Below are positions 24,330 through 33,498 of a stretch of 52,545 nucleotides of DNA, piece by piece. Origin of the DNA: a virus (Duplodnaviria; Caudoviricetes); IMG/VR virus record IMGVR_UViG_3300005825_000043, positions 1-52,545 of that record. One strand, 5' to 3'. A program made the position numbers and the translations under genes. Each line of letters opens with the position of its first letter. Positions within the stretch are counted from its first letter, which is position 1. The notes under the pieces were generated by a model, which was not told the origin of the DNA, ran no database searches, and saw nothing but the letters and a program-made list of their open reading frames with translations.

Positions 24330-24888
24330 GCCACACGAAATTAGAGATGGCAAATTGTGGGATGTCATTTCAGATGCTCCTTGTTCCACTGAGTTCTCTA
24401 TTTCCAGATTTTTGGTCCCTTACCTTGCTAAAGAAGGATGGGCATTATTTCTTGATGCCGACATGATGGCGCTTAATAATTTCTGCCGCCTCATGGACTT
24501 AGTGGACGATACTAAAGCAGTTATGGTCGTTAAGCATAATCACCTTCCTAAGAACAAAACTAAGATGGATGGTCAGATACAAACCGTTTATTTCAGGAAG
24601 AACTGGTCATCGTTTATAATGTTTAATGCCTCGCATCCAAAATGTAAAGCATTAACACCAGAGGTAGTAAATACTGCTACTGGTTTATTCCTGCATCAGT
24701 TTCAGTGGCTGGATGACGATGATATTGGAGAGCTGAACGTTGAGTGGAATTGGCTCGTAGGTCATTCTGATCCGTCAGTGTCTCCCAAGTGCGTACATTT
24801 CACTGATGGTATACCTTCTATGGCAGGATACGAAAAGGGTGTTTATTCGCACATCTGGCGTAAGATGCTAGAAGAGTGGGCGATATGA
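24178..24888 (+). CDS. GT-A fold glycosyltransferase (GT8/CDI-like)
   Basis: IYIGFDPRE, STEFSISRFLVPYL, FLDADM (DxD), RKNWSS, EWNWLVG, HFT.G.P. Confidence 0.85.
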   Translation: MTPFQIYIGFDPREADAFAVARTSIRRFLTLPISIRGLVLRELIEQGVYDRPHEIRDGKLWDVISDAPCSTEFSISRFLVPYLAKEGWALFLDADMMALNNFCRLMDLVDDTKAVMVVKHNHLPKNKTKMDGQIQTVYFRKNWSSFIMFNASHPKCKALTPEVVNTATGLFLHQFQWLDDDDIGELNVEWNWLVGHSDPSVSPKCVHFTDGIPSMAGYEKGVYSHIWRKMLEEWAI

Positions 24889-25538
24889 TTACTATAGCGT
24901 GCGTCCGGACTGGTAACAAATATGGACCCGAGTATGTTGAACGCCTACGAAATATGGTGAGAAGGCACTACCCATTCGAGCATGAGATCATTTGTTTAAC
25001 TGATCAACCGGAAGAATTCGAAGGAGTGAAGAACGTTCCTGCGAAGGGTTTAGGTGGATGGTGGGCCAAAATGGGCTTGTTTCATCCCGGCATTCGTGGG
25101 GACAATTATACCATATATTTCGATCTTGATACTGTGATATGCGACGATATAACGCCCCTGATCAGGATTGAGGAACCATTCGGTATTTGTGCTAATTTCA
25201 CTAGGTTATCTGGTCACCCCACTTGGCCATGTAACTATGGCTCATGTGTGATGACGTTTGAGGCTGGTTGGGGATATGGTATCTGGAGTGATTTTATCAG
25301 CAACAGAAATGTATGGACAAAGGGTGCTGGTAAATATGGGGATCAATGGGTTATCGAGAGGTTAGCGCCGAAAGCGAGGATACTTCAAGACGCCTGCCCT
25401 CATGGCTTCTTTCTAGGACGAAGGGAAATATCTAATCACCCCGATACCAAGCCAGACGCAGCAGCAGTAGTTATATTTGCTGGCAATACTAAGCCCAGCA
25501 ATTGCAGCGTGAAATGGATAAAGGATGAATGGCGGTGA
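24885..25538 (+). CDS. GT-A fold glycosyltransferase
   Basis: CVRTGNKY...YV..L, CLTD, GWWAK, YFDLDTVI (DxD), GDQ. Confidence 0.8.
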   Translation: MITIACVRTGNKYGPEYVERLRNMVRRHYPFEHEIICLTDQPEEFEGVKNVPAKGLGGWWAKMGLFHPGIRGDNYTIYFDLDTVICDDITPLIRIEEPFGICANFTRLSGHPTWPCNYGSCVMTFEAGWGYGIWSDFISNRNVWTKGAGKYGDQWVIERLAPKARILQDACPHGFFLGRREISNHPDTKPDAAAVVIFAGNTKPSNCSVKWIKDEWR

Positions 25539-26122
25539 CAGTAATTAATGGAAGACAAGTGTCTAAAACAGTTGATGGTATAAGAGAAGACCACGTAAGA
25601 AGGTATAAGTTCGCGGCTAATCTTCTTAAAGGAAAAACTGTCATAGATGCTGCTTCTGGTGTGGGTTATGGCTCTAGTATATTGTCTGATGCAGGCTGTG
25701 TTGTGCATTCTTATGAAGTAGATGAATATTCTATGCTCCTTCATAGAAGGCACTACGGCAGATCCACCACTGTGTATCATCACGCTAATTTGAATTTTGT
25801 TGAATTCATTAAAGCTGATGCTGCAGTATCCTTTGAAACTATAGAGCATCTGTGCGATCCTAAGATATTTCTTAGCAAACTAAGCAAATCCTGCTCTATT
25901 CTCATAGGTTCAGTTCCAAATCAAGATGTCATCCCATTTAATCCAGTCCGCCACAAGTATCATTTCAAACATTACACTATTGAAGAAATAACAAATTTGT
26001 TGAAGCAGTCGGGGTGGACAATATATGAAATGTTATATCAGCACGGAAAGTACGGCACAGAGTCTAAATTAGATAATAACAGGAATGGTGGAAGTACGAT
26101 AGTGTTTAGGGCGCGCTCATGA
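25529..26122 (+). CDS. Class I SAM-dependent methyltransferase
   Basis: H..RY.FA...VIDAASGVGYGS...SFETIEH. Confidence 0.85.
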   Translation: MAVTVINGRQVSKTVDGIREDHVRRYKFAANLLKGKTVIDAASGVGYGSSILSDAGCVVHSYEVDEYSMLLHRRHYGRSTTVYHHANLNFVEFIKADAAVSFETIEHLCDPKIFLSKLSKSCSILIGSVPNQDVIPFNPVRHKYHFKHYTIEEITNLLKQSGWTIYEMLYQHGKYGTESKLDNNRNGGSTIVFRARS

Positions 26123-26937
26123 AAGTTGGTCTGTTTTATCCTCCATATAATGACGGCAATGCTAGTGTAATAAGAGCTTTTCATTCGGGTATTCCTAATT
26201 CGTCATTGTCCGATGACACTAGATACCGTAAATGCGACGTATTAGTGATCTTTGGTTTAGTTAAATATTCATTCAAGAAAAGTTTCGCCAAGGGCGAATT
26301 AATGAACAGTCACGATGGCCCTGTGATAGTGGTTGAGCGTGGGTTCATCAAACGAGACAAATACTGGTCCATCGGATTTGGTGGTATAAATGGGCGAGCC
26401 AATTTTGTAAATGCGAATTCGCTCTCTGATCGATGGAACAAATTAGGAGTTGAACTTAAGCCGTGGAGGGATCCCAGAGGGGGTGTCGTCCTGGTTTCCG
26501 GACAGGTCCCATGGGATACGTCAGTCCAGCATATGGACCATCTAGGATGGTGTCGAGAAACTGTTAATACGGTGCGCCAGATGGGCATGGAGCCTATATT
26601 GAGGCCGCATCCGTTAGCCGTCAAACGTAATGTTGACTATGACGTTGACTGTGAAGTATCGAATAAGACACTAGAGGAAGATCTAACACGATCCGATCAC
26701 GTAGTTACGTGGTGTTCAAATTCTGGTGTTGATGCGGTGTTAGAAGGTGTTCCGACGATCGCAATGGATAAAATGTCGATGGTCTGGCCGGTCACTGGTA
26801 AGACTCTGCTTGACTTGGTTGACCCCTTTACACCTGATCGCCAACAATGGGCAAACAATATCGCGTATGCGCAATGGTCTTTAGATGAAATGCGCTCCGG
26901 TGAAGCCTGGCAACATATCTCAAGAGGTATAACATGA
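26119..26937 (+). CDS. KpsS/KpsC-like (GT-B) glycosyltransferase
   Basis: GQVPWD.SV, RPHP, VVT..SNSGVDAVLEGVP. Confidence 0.75.
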   Translation: MKVGLFYPPYNDGNASVIRAFHSGIPNSSLSDDTRYRKCDVLVIFGLVKYSFKKSFAKGELMNSHDGPVIVVERGFIKRDKYWSIGFGGINGRANFVNANSLSDRWNKLGVELKPWRDPRGGVVLVSGQVPWDTSVQHMDHLGWCRETVNTVRQMGMEPILRPHPLAVKRNVDYDVDCEVSNKTLEEDLTRSDHVVTWCSNSGVDAVLEGVPTIAMDKMSMVWPVTGKTLLDLVDPFTPDRQQWANNIAYAQWSLDEMRSGEAWQHISRGIT

Positions 26938-27389
26938 CTTGGTCTTATGATACTTGCCTGTATGCTTCAAAAGATGTAGTCCGCCTTTACATCGGCGATA
27001 CAAACTCCAGTTCGCAGTTGTTCTCTAATGAAGAGATAGAAGCTCTTCTGACAGTGAATAGCAATGATGTGTTCGAGACGGCGGCTCAATTGGCCGACAG
27101 TTTATCTGGTAAGTATGCCCGCTCGCAGTCGCTGGCCATTGATGGCTTTAAGATCGATTATTCTGATCGCGCTTCTTTTTATTCGAATTTGGCCACGAGG
27201 CTAAGAAGGTCTGGAAAGACGGCTTCAGGTCAATTTGGTGCGCCTTTCGTGTCTGGTGTATCGGAGTCCGAAATGGACGCCGTCCGCGACAACGATGACC
27301 GGGTTCCAAATAGGCTCAGAATAGGCCAATTCGATCATCCTGGAACCGAAGTAATCGAAGAAGACTCTAATGACGAGGCTGAGCTTTAA
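26934..27389 (+). CDS. Head-tail adaptor
   Basis: MTWSY...VRLYIGDT......FSNEEI pattern. Confidence 0.8.
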   Translation: MTWSYDTCLYASKDVVRLYIGDTNSSSQLFSNEEIEALLTVNSNDVFETAAQLADSLSGKYARSQSLAIDGFKIDYSDRASFYSNLATRLRRSGKTASGQFGAPFVSGVSESEMDAVRDNDDRVPNRLRIGQFDHPGTEVIEEDSNDEAEL

Positions 27390-27778
27390 TGTCACACGCC
27401 TCTGAAATAAACGCTAGTGTCCTCGACGCCTTGACCGAGTATGGTCGTAGCGTAATACTCACTCAAGTAGTGGAGGGAACCTATAATGCTGCTACTGGCT
27501 TATATTCTGGCGGTTCTACTAACGACTTAACTGTTAAGGCTTTACTCCTTTCTTATCGGGATAGGGACGTCGACGGTTCGAAAATAATGGCAGACGATCG
27601 TCGCTGTATTTTGGCGGCGTCTGGTATGACTGTCATTCCCAAAACTGGAGATCTTATTACCCCGTCTGGCGATACGGACGATCCTTCTTCTGGCACTTAT
27701 TCGGTTATTCGCGTGAAAACGTATGAAGTTCAGGGCACACCTTTTGCGTATGTACTGCAAATAAGGAATGTAGGCTGA
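27389..27778 (+). CDS. Head closure/stopper protein
   Basis: YG..V.L....G.YN..TG...DG..I...D...Y.LQIR; gene order. Confidence 0.7.
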   Translation: MSHASEINASVLDALTEYGRSVILTQVVEGTYNAATGLYSGGSTNDLTVKALLLSYRDRDVDGSKIMADDRRCILAASGMTVIPKTGDLITPSGDTDDPSSGTYSVIRVKTYEVQGTPFAYVLQIRNVG

Positions 27779-28212
27779 TGCCCGCTACTCCAGACACCTT
27801 TGAGCAAGACATATCAAGGTTCATTAGAAAGGCTAAGGATAATACTACTTTGTTGCCTCGTCTGGTAGCTCAAGAGGTAAATAGGCGGCTGGTTCACAAC
27901 ACTCCTGTGGTAACTGGTAATTTGGTTGGTTCTTGGTATGCTGCTATAAACGGTCCACCTAGTGGCATCGAAGGGGCGCAATCAGATCCGATCGGTAGCA
28001 TGAATTCGGTGGCAAACACTCTTTCCAAGGGTCAGAGATTGTATGTTGGTAATGTTGCTCCCTACGCAAGACGAGTAGAATATGGCTTCGTAGGTGAGGA
28101 CTCATTGGGTCGATCGTACAATCAACCTGGTAGGCATTTCGTCAGTTCTGTGCTGAACGATGCGCCGAATATAGCTAGACAAACTGCAGCGCGTTTGGTT
28201 GAGAGGCGATAA
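27778..28212 (+). CDS. HK97 gp10-like neck/tail completion protein
   Basis: TPVVTGNL..SW...N.APYARRVEYG. Confidence 0.85.
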   Translation: MPATPDTFEQDISRFIRKAKDNTTLLPRLVAQEVNRRLVHNTPVVTGNLVGSWYAAINGPPSGIEGAQSDPIGSMNSVANTLSKGQRLYVGNVAPYARRVEYGFVGEDSLGRSYNQPGRHFVSSVLNDAPNIARQTAARLVERR

Positions 28213-28626
28213 ATGTCATTGTATAATGATATAAGGGGTGCTCTAGCTGCCCAATTGGCCACGGTAAGTGGCCTCCCTGAAATAGCGCCAGAGGCCGTGC
28301 CTTTCCGCCCGACTGTTGGTACTGCTTTCGTGGATTACGTCTTAGTGCCTTTATCAAGTCGTCCTTCTACCATGGGTACAGACCACTTAATACTGCATGA
28401 AGGCACATTCGAAATGGGGGTAGTATACCCGGTTAACGATGGTATTGGGGCTGCAGAAACGATGGTTGATGCCATCAAAGCTGTATTTACTGCAGATACC
28501 GTGCTGACTTTGAACGCAAACAAGGTCCGTATAAGGTATTCTGAGCGTAGACAGGCGCTCTTAGACTCTACATGGATGAGAATTCCAGTGTCTGTCGGAT
28601 GGTTCTTGTACACGACAACTTACTAA
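28213..28626 (+). CDS. Tail terminator protein
   Basis: Size, position before tail tube, W..IPVSV.W C-terminus. Confidence 0.7.
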   Translation: MSLYNDIRGALAAQLATVSGLPEIAPEAVPFRPTVGTAFVDYVLVPLSSRPSTMGTDHLILHEGTFEMGVVYPVNDGIGAAETMVDAIKAVFTADTVLTLNANKVRIRYSERRQALLDSTWMRIPVSVGWFLYTTTY

Positions 28627-28657
28627 TTGTCGGCGCTGAAAATGGAGCGATAACGCT

Positions 28658-29581
28658 ATGACTACTCAAAATACTGCACAGGGTGCCCGCAGCCAGCTTC
28701 TGTACAAGAAGCAGTCGGTTCTTGGCACTCCCGCCACTGGTAACTTCACTGTGGCTCGTTACAACACTCATTCTCTCAATGTTATCAAGGACAGTATTGA
28801 GAGCGGTGAAATTCGATCGGACCGCGAGGTCGCCGATTTCCGTCATGGCAATCGGTCTGCTTCGGGTAGCATCTTGGTCGAGTTGTGCTACGGAGATCAT
28901 GACGATCTGATTGAAGCTGCTATGTTCCAAGCATTTGGAACTGATAGCGTTCAGATCGGCACCGAACCACAGTATTTGTCCATCGAGGATGGGCAGTTGG
29001 ATATTTCGCAGTATCAGATGTTTCAGGACATCCTCGCAACGTCCATGAAGATCTCTATCGCACCGAACCAGATGGTGACCGCTGAATTTAGCCTCGTTGG
29101 CACTGACGGCGGCACCCCGGCTGGTTCTTCTTCGGGTGGCACTCCTGTTGCTGCTTCTTCGAACAGTCCGTTTGACAGCTTCAATGGTGCTGTTTACGAC
29201 AATGCAGCAGAAACTGGGTCTGAAATCGCGGTTATTTCGGCTCTCGAATTCACCGTCGACAACTCTGTCCAGCCAGCCTTCGTTGTAGGACAGGCTACTC
29301 CTCTTGCGCTCGAATATGGTCGCGGGCGAGTAACCGGGTCCATGACCCTACGATTTGTCGACAGCGTTTGGATCAATCGCTTTTTGGCCGAAGACGAAGT
29401 TCCTCTCGTCGTCAATATCACTGACCCTGATGGGAACATCATGGAGTTCCGGTTCCCCCGGATCAAGGGAACCGGTGCGGACAAGCCCGTCCAAAATGAG
29501 CAGGCTCGTCTTATCACCTTCCCATTTGTGGCGTTGTATGATGCTACGTTGGGAACTGCCCTGCAGATCACTAAAGCATAA
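28658..29581 (+). CDS. Major tail tube protein
   Basis: S.EIRSDR...D.RHG...G.I..EL motif; position. Confidence 0.85.
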   Translation: MTTQNTAQGARSQLLYKKQSVLGTPATGNFTVARYNTHSLNVIKDSIESGEIRSDREVADFRHGNRSASGSILVELCYGDHDDLIEAAMFQAFGTDSVQIGTEPQYLSIEDGQLDISQYQMFQDILATSMKISIAPNQMVTAEFSLVGTDGGTPAGSSSGGTPVAASSNSPFDSFNGAVYDNAAETGSEIAVISALEFTVDNSVQPAFVVGQATPLALEYGRGRVTGSMTLRFVDSVWINRFLAEDEVPLVVNITDPDGNIMEFRFPRIKGTGADKPVQNEQARLITFPFVALYDATLGTALQITKA

Positions 29582-29590
29582 AGGTGGAAC

Positions 29591-29992
29591 ATGGATCTTG
29601 CGTCTCTGAACGCGGGTGCTTCGGATGGAGCAAAAATGCAAATTCTTCATCCGGGCACTAATGAACCAATACCCGATAGTAAGGGTGAACCGATAACTAT
29701 CACAATGCTCAGCAAGGACCATCCTTCGGTTCAAGCCGCATGGCGGACGTGGCTTCAAGAGACAATCGATACCAGAAAATCTGGGAAGAAAGTCTCTGAA
29801 GATTTCGATCCCGATCTTGAGGTGTTGATCGTTGCAACTGTCGCATGGTCGATCGAAGAATATGCTGGAGACAAAAATCCCCGGTGTATCGCAGAAAATG
29901 TAAGAAAAGTATACAAAAATGAAATTTGGCTCCGTGAGCAGGCGACTACCTTCTATGCGAAACGAGCAAATTTCATTCCGGCCTCATCTTAG
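29591..29992 (+). CDS. Tail assembly chaperone
   Basis: Between tube and tape measure; ends ...RANF with slippery A AAT TTC (29968-29974). Confidence 0.8.
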   Translation: MDLASLNAGASDGAKMQILHPGTNEPIPDSKGEPITITMLSKDHPSVQAAWRTWLQETIDTRKSGKKVSEDFDPDLEVLIVATVAWSIEEYAGDKNPRCIAENVRKVYKNEIWLREQATTFYAKRANFIPASS

Positions 29993-30327
29993 AACTGGAA
30001 CGCTATGCTGAGGCCGAATTCGCTCTATCCGTACTGGAAAACGGAATTCCAGTACGGGACCATCTAAGGCAAGCTGAAAAGCAGGGCCAATATGTTCCAG
30101 AATTACATCCGGCTCCACCACCGTTCGAAATGGTTCACGTGTGGAATTGGTATTGTGAACTAAGTGCTGCTAGAACTTCTAATGGGTTCGGGCTAAATCC
30201 AATCTCGTATACTGAAATAGACGCATGGGTGCGATTGTTGCGCATCGATGTCGTGCCTTGGGAAATTCGTGTGATAAAAAACCTGGACAGTATGTACTTA
30301 CAAATTACCAATGCCAAGGGGAAATAA
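29971..30327 (+). CDS. -1 frameshift extension of the tail assembly chaperone (gpGT-like)
   Basis: -1 frame open from 29971 into the 30130..30327 ORF; W.W..ELS..R...G..PISY.EI.AW motif. Confidence 0.75.
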   Translation, partial: FHSGLILELERYAEAEFALSVLENGIPVRDHLRQAEKQGQYVPELHPAPPPFEMVHVWNWYCELSAARTSNGFGLNPISYTEIDAWVRLLRIDVVPWEIRVIKNLDSMYLQITNAKGK

Positions 30328-32259
30328 ATGGTTGACATTGCTGCTCTTGGTTATTCTGTCGATACCTCTGGCCTTATCAAGGGTGAAGCGGCACTTACCA
30401 AATTTCATACTGCTAATCAGAGGGTAGCTGACAGCGCTAAACGAGCAAAAGGGGCCACTGAAGCCTTCGGCGTTCAGGCGCTTAATTCAAGTCGTGCTAT
30501 TCAGTTAAATGCCTTGCAATTACAGAATTTGCAATTCCAGTTGAACGACGTCGCCCTTGGTCTGTCTACCGGTCAGTCGCCATTCACTGTGTTAGCTCAA
30601 CAGGGCTTGCAGGTTGCCCAGATATTTCAGTCTGGAACGGGCCTTAAAGCAGCTATTAAAGCTATCGGATCTGGCATCGGCACATTTCTTCTAAATCCCA
30701 TCAATCTGTCCGTGCTAGCGGTTGCCGGTTTGGCTGGTGGTGTTTCGTTTTTGTATAGCACTATTTCTGAGAGCTTTGACGTAGAAAAAGCACTTGAGAA
30801 GCAGTCAGAGATAGTTGACGAACTTGCCGATAAATATGACTTAGTAGCAGCTGCCCTTAAGCGACTCAAGGAAGAGTCAGATATTACTTTCGCTTCTACA
30901 GTGGCTGACACTGATAAATTAAGCCAGCAGTTAAAAACTACGGAGGCTTTGTATCAGTCTACTATAGAAAACATTGCTGGTGAAATAGAGGATTTGGCTA
31001 GTTATTTGGTTAGGGGCATACCAGTTGAGCTGCTCCCGGACGACTTGTCAAAGTACGAAAATGACCTTAGAGTGTTTGCTGCTGCGGTGCGCGAAGGCGG
31101 GTTGGAAGTAGATGACCTTCGGGGTCGTTTAACAGAATTGGCTCAAGCTGCTCCAGAAGACTTCTTTGCTAGTGAACTGCGGAAAATGTCGGACGAGGCA
31201 GACAATAGCAAAGAGGGCCTGCGGGCTATCGTTAATTTGTTGAATGAAATACAAGCTGCACTTGGTGGCATAGGTGAAACTGCCCAGAATTTAGGCGACG
31301 TAGACGAAAAAGCAAATAGAATAATTAGTAGTACTTTCAGTATATTCGATGAAGCAGCAGCCACGGAGAGACTTACTGGTGCCCTTAAAAAGAGGCAACC
31401 CAAGAAAGGTCGCGAGCCTAAGCTAAACGAGTTCCAAAAGGAACTACAGTCCGTGCAGGAAAGAACACGGGCGCTCCAGATTGAGGCTCAGACATTCGGC
31501 CTCGCTGCGGAAGCTGCTGCCCGTTATCAGACTCAACAGGATCTCATTAATGCGGCCTCTGAGGCTAAAATTGCTCTTACTCCTGAGCTTGTTAGTCAGA
31601 TTAATGAAGAGGCAAACGCTTACGCTGATGCTACCCGTGAACTCGAAGAAATGGAACAGCGCCAGAGCACTATTCAGGGCCTTTCCAGTGTGTTATTTGG
31701 TGCCGTCAGTGGTGCCAATAGTTTGGCTGATGCCTTCACTAGATTGTCCTCTTCTCTAATAGATGTGGTTCTTCGGGCTGCTTTACTAGGAGAAGGACCT
31801 CTAGCTAATTTGGTTGGAACCGGTGGCCTTGGTGGCAATCAAGGTGGCATCCTAGGAACCATATTGGGTGGCTTCTTAGCTCAGGGTGGCATCGTTCAAG
31901 GTGGCCAAATAAGTGCCTTTGCTAGAGGCGGCGTAGTCAACAGACCCACTCTATTTCCTATGGCAAATGGTGCAGGTCTTATGGGTGAAGCTGGTCCAGA
32001 AGGCGTATTGCCACTTAGTCGCATGCCCAATGGTAACCTTGGTGTCCAAGCTGGTGGCATTGGTGGAGGCGGTGGAACTCAAGTAAATGTATATAACTAT
32101 GGCAAAGAGGAAGTACAAGAAAATAGAAGAAAAGATGGCTCCGGTAAAGAAATAGTCGATGTCATCGTCGGCAAAGTACGAGACGACATGGCAAGAGGCG
32201 GTTTCGATCAGACGCTTAGTAGTAGATTTGGCGCAAGACCACAAAGGAAGGGCAGATGA
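30328..32259 (+). CDS. Tape measure protein
   Basis: QLNDV...GQSPFTVLAQQG; helical body; FARGG...GEAGPE C-terminus. Confidence 0.9.
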   Translation: MVDIAALGYSVDTSGLIKGEAALTKFHTANQRVADSAKRAKGATEAFGVQALNSSRAIQLNALQLQNLQFQLNDVALGLSTGQSPFTVLAQQGLQVAQIFQSGTGLKAAIKAIGSGIGTFLLNPINLSVLAVAGLAGGVSFLYSTISESFDVEKALEKQSEIVDELADKYDLVAAALKRLKEESDITFASTVADTDKLSQQLKTTEALYQSTIENIAGEIEDLASYLVRGIPVELLPDDLSKYENDLRVFAAAVREGGLEVDDLRGRLTELAQAAPEDFFASELRKMSDEADNSKEGLRAIVNLLNEIQAALGGIGETAQNLGDVDEKANRIISSTFSIFDEAAATERLTGALKKRQPKKGREPKLNEFQKELQSVQERTRALQIEAQTFGLAAEAAARYQTQQDLINAASEAKIALTPELVSQINEEANAYADATRELEEMEQRQSTIQGLSSVLFGAVSGANSLADAFTRLSSSLIDVVLRAALLGEGPLANLVGTGGLGGNQGGILGTILGGFLAQGGIVQGGQISAFARGGVVNRPTLFPMANGAGLMGEAGPEGVLPLSRMPNGNLGVQAGGIGGGGGTQVNVYNYGKEEVQENRRKDGSGKEIVDVIVGKVRDDMARGGFDQTLSSRFGARPQRKGR

Positions 32260-32603
32260 CCAGTTGGCCTGTATCCCTGCCTACCGCTGAAGCAGGTACT
32301 TACACCGAAACGCCTGTAGACAACAAAGTTGTCTTTGAGCCAGAAATTGGTCCTCCTAAGGAACGCCGCAGGGCGACTTTGGTCGGGTCCATGTTGCGAT
32401 TTGATGTATTTTTGACTGGTACTCAGGCTCAAACGTTATATGACTTTTATAAGACTACTTTGTCCGATGGCATCGACAGTTTTACTATGACGCATCCGAG
32501 AACCTTGGTTACTGACACGTTCAAGTTTGTAAATACTCCTCAATTTCGTCATATGCAAGTAAGTTTTTATAGGGCAACGATAGAGTTGAGGCTAGTCCCA
32601 TAA
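32256..32603 (+). CDS. Distal tail protein
   Basis: WP.SLP...GP.K.RRR...FY..TL.DG..F pattern after TMP. Confidence 0.75.
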   Translation: MTSWPVSLPTAEAGTYTETPVDNKVVFEPEIGPPKERRRATLVGSMLRFDVFLTGTQAQTLYDFYKTTLSDGIDSFTMTHPRTLVTDTFKFVNTPQFRHMQVSFYRATIELRLVP

Positions 32604-33070
32604 TGGTATCCAATGCCTTAATAAGTGCTGCTAATGCCTCTGAAACCACAGAGGTATTTATAGTCCTCCTCAAGATAGATCATTATGATTTGTCTGTCCC
32701 AATCCGTTTGGCCAACAACACCGAGGACGTTATTTCGAATGGCTTTACGTATATAGGGTTTCCATTTGAAGCGATCTTGTTTAATGAAGATGAACAGACC
32801 CCACGTGCTCAAATAAGAGTGCAAAATGTAGACCGAAGGATAGGTCAAGTTATTCGATCTCTTACCAATGCGCCGACATTATCAGTGTCAGTAGTTCTGG
32901 CATCCGATCCTGATGTCATTGAATTGGATTGGTTGAATACTGAACTTGTAAACATTGATGGTAACGTTATCGACGTGACCGGAGACATTGTTGGTCCTGA
33001 TTATACTACTGAACCTTGGCCCTCGCGTCGTGCTACGGCCAACTATCTTCCGGGGTTATTCTTAAGATGA
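32603..33070 (+). CDS. Tail tip protein (DUF1833-like)
   Basis: LL.I.H......IRLANNTED...G..Y...PF...NVDR...PGLF. Confidence 0.75.
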   Translation: MVSNALISAANASETTEVFIVLLKIDHYDLSVPIRLANNTEDVISNGFTYIGFPFEAILFNEDEQTPRAQIRVQNVDRRIGQVIRSLTNAPTLSVSVVLASDPDVIELDWLNTELVNIDGNVIDVTGDIVGPDYTTEPWPSRRATANYLPGLFLR

Positions 33071-33498
33071 GCTGGGTAACCAAGTACCTATCCATACCGT
33101 TTTCCAATGTCGGTTGTGAATTCGATGGCTGCAATTGTTGGGGTCTAATAAAGTTAATGTACGAGACAGAAAAGGGTATTAGATTAATAGCTTATCATGG
33201 TACATCGGCTGCCGATGTCAGTGAAACTAATAAAAGCATAGAACAAGATGGCGCTTCGCCTCCATGGCAAAATATAATTGATATTGGTAAAGAACGGGCT
33301 TTCGATGTTGTTGTAATGCGGGGCATCCTGACGTTAGATGGGAAATCCATCTCAGTTCCGGTTCATATTGGGATAATTATAACTCCGGGCATCGTTATGC
33401 ACATACAAGAGGGATCGAATATTTCATGTGTTCCGATAACACATCCATCAGTACGACGTCGCATAATCTCTATCCACCGGCACGAGTTACTGATGTGA
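33067..33498 (+). CDS. NlpC/P60-family tail assembly protein
   Basis: W..KY..IPF...G.NCWGL...HIGI...H. Confidence 0.85.
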   Translation: MSWVTKYLSIPFSNVGCEFDGCNCWGLIKLMYETEKGIRLIAYHGTSAADVSETNKSIEQDGASPPWQNIIDIGKERAFDVVVMRGILTLDGKSISVPVHIGIIITPGIVMHIQEGSNISCVPITHPSVRRRIISIHRHELLM

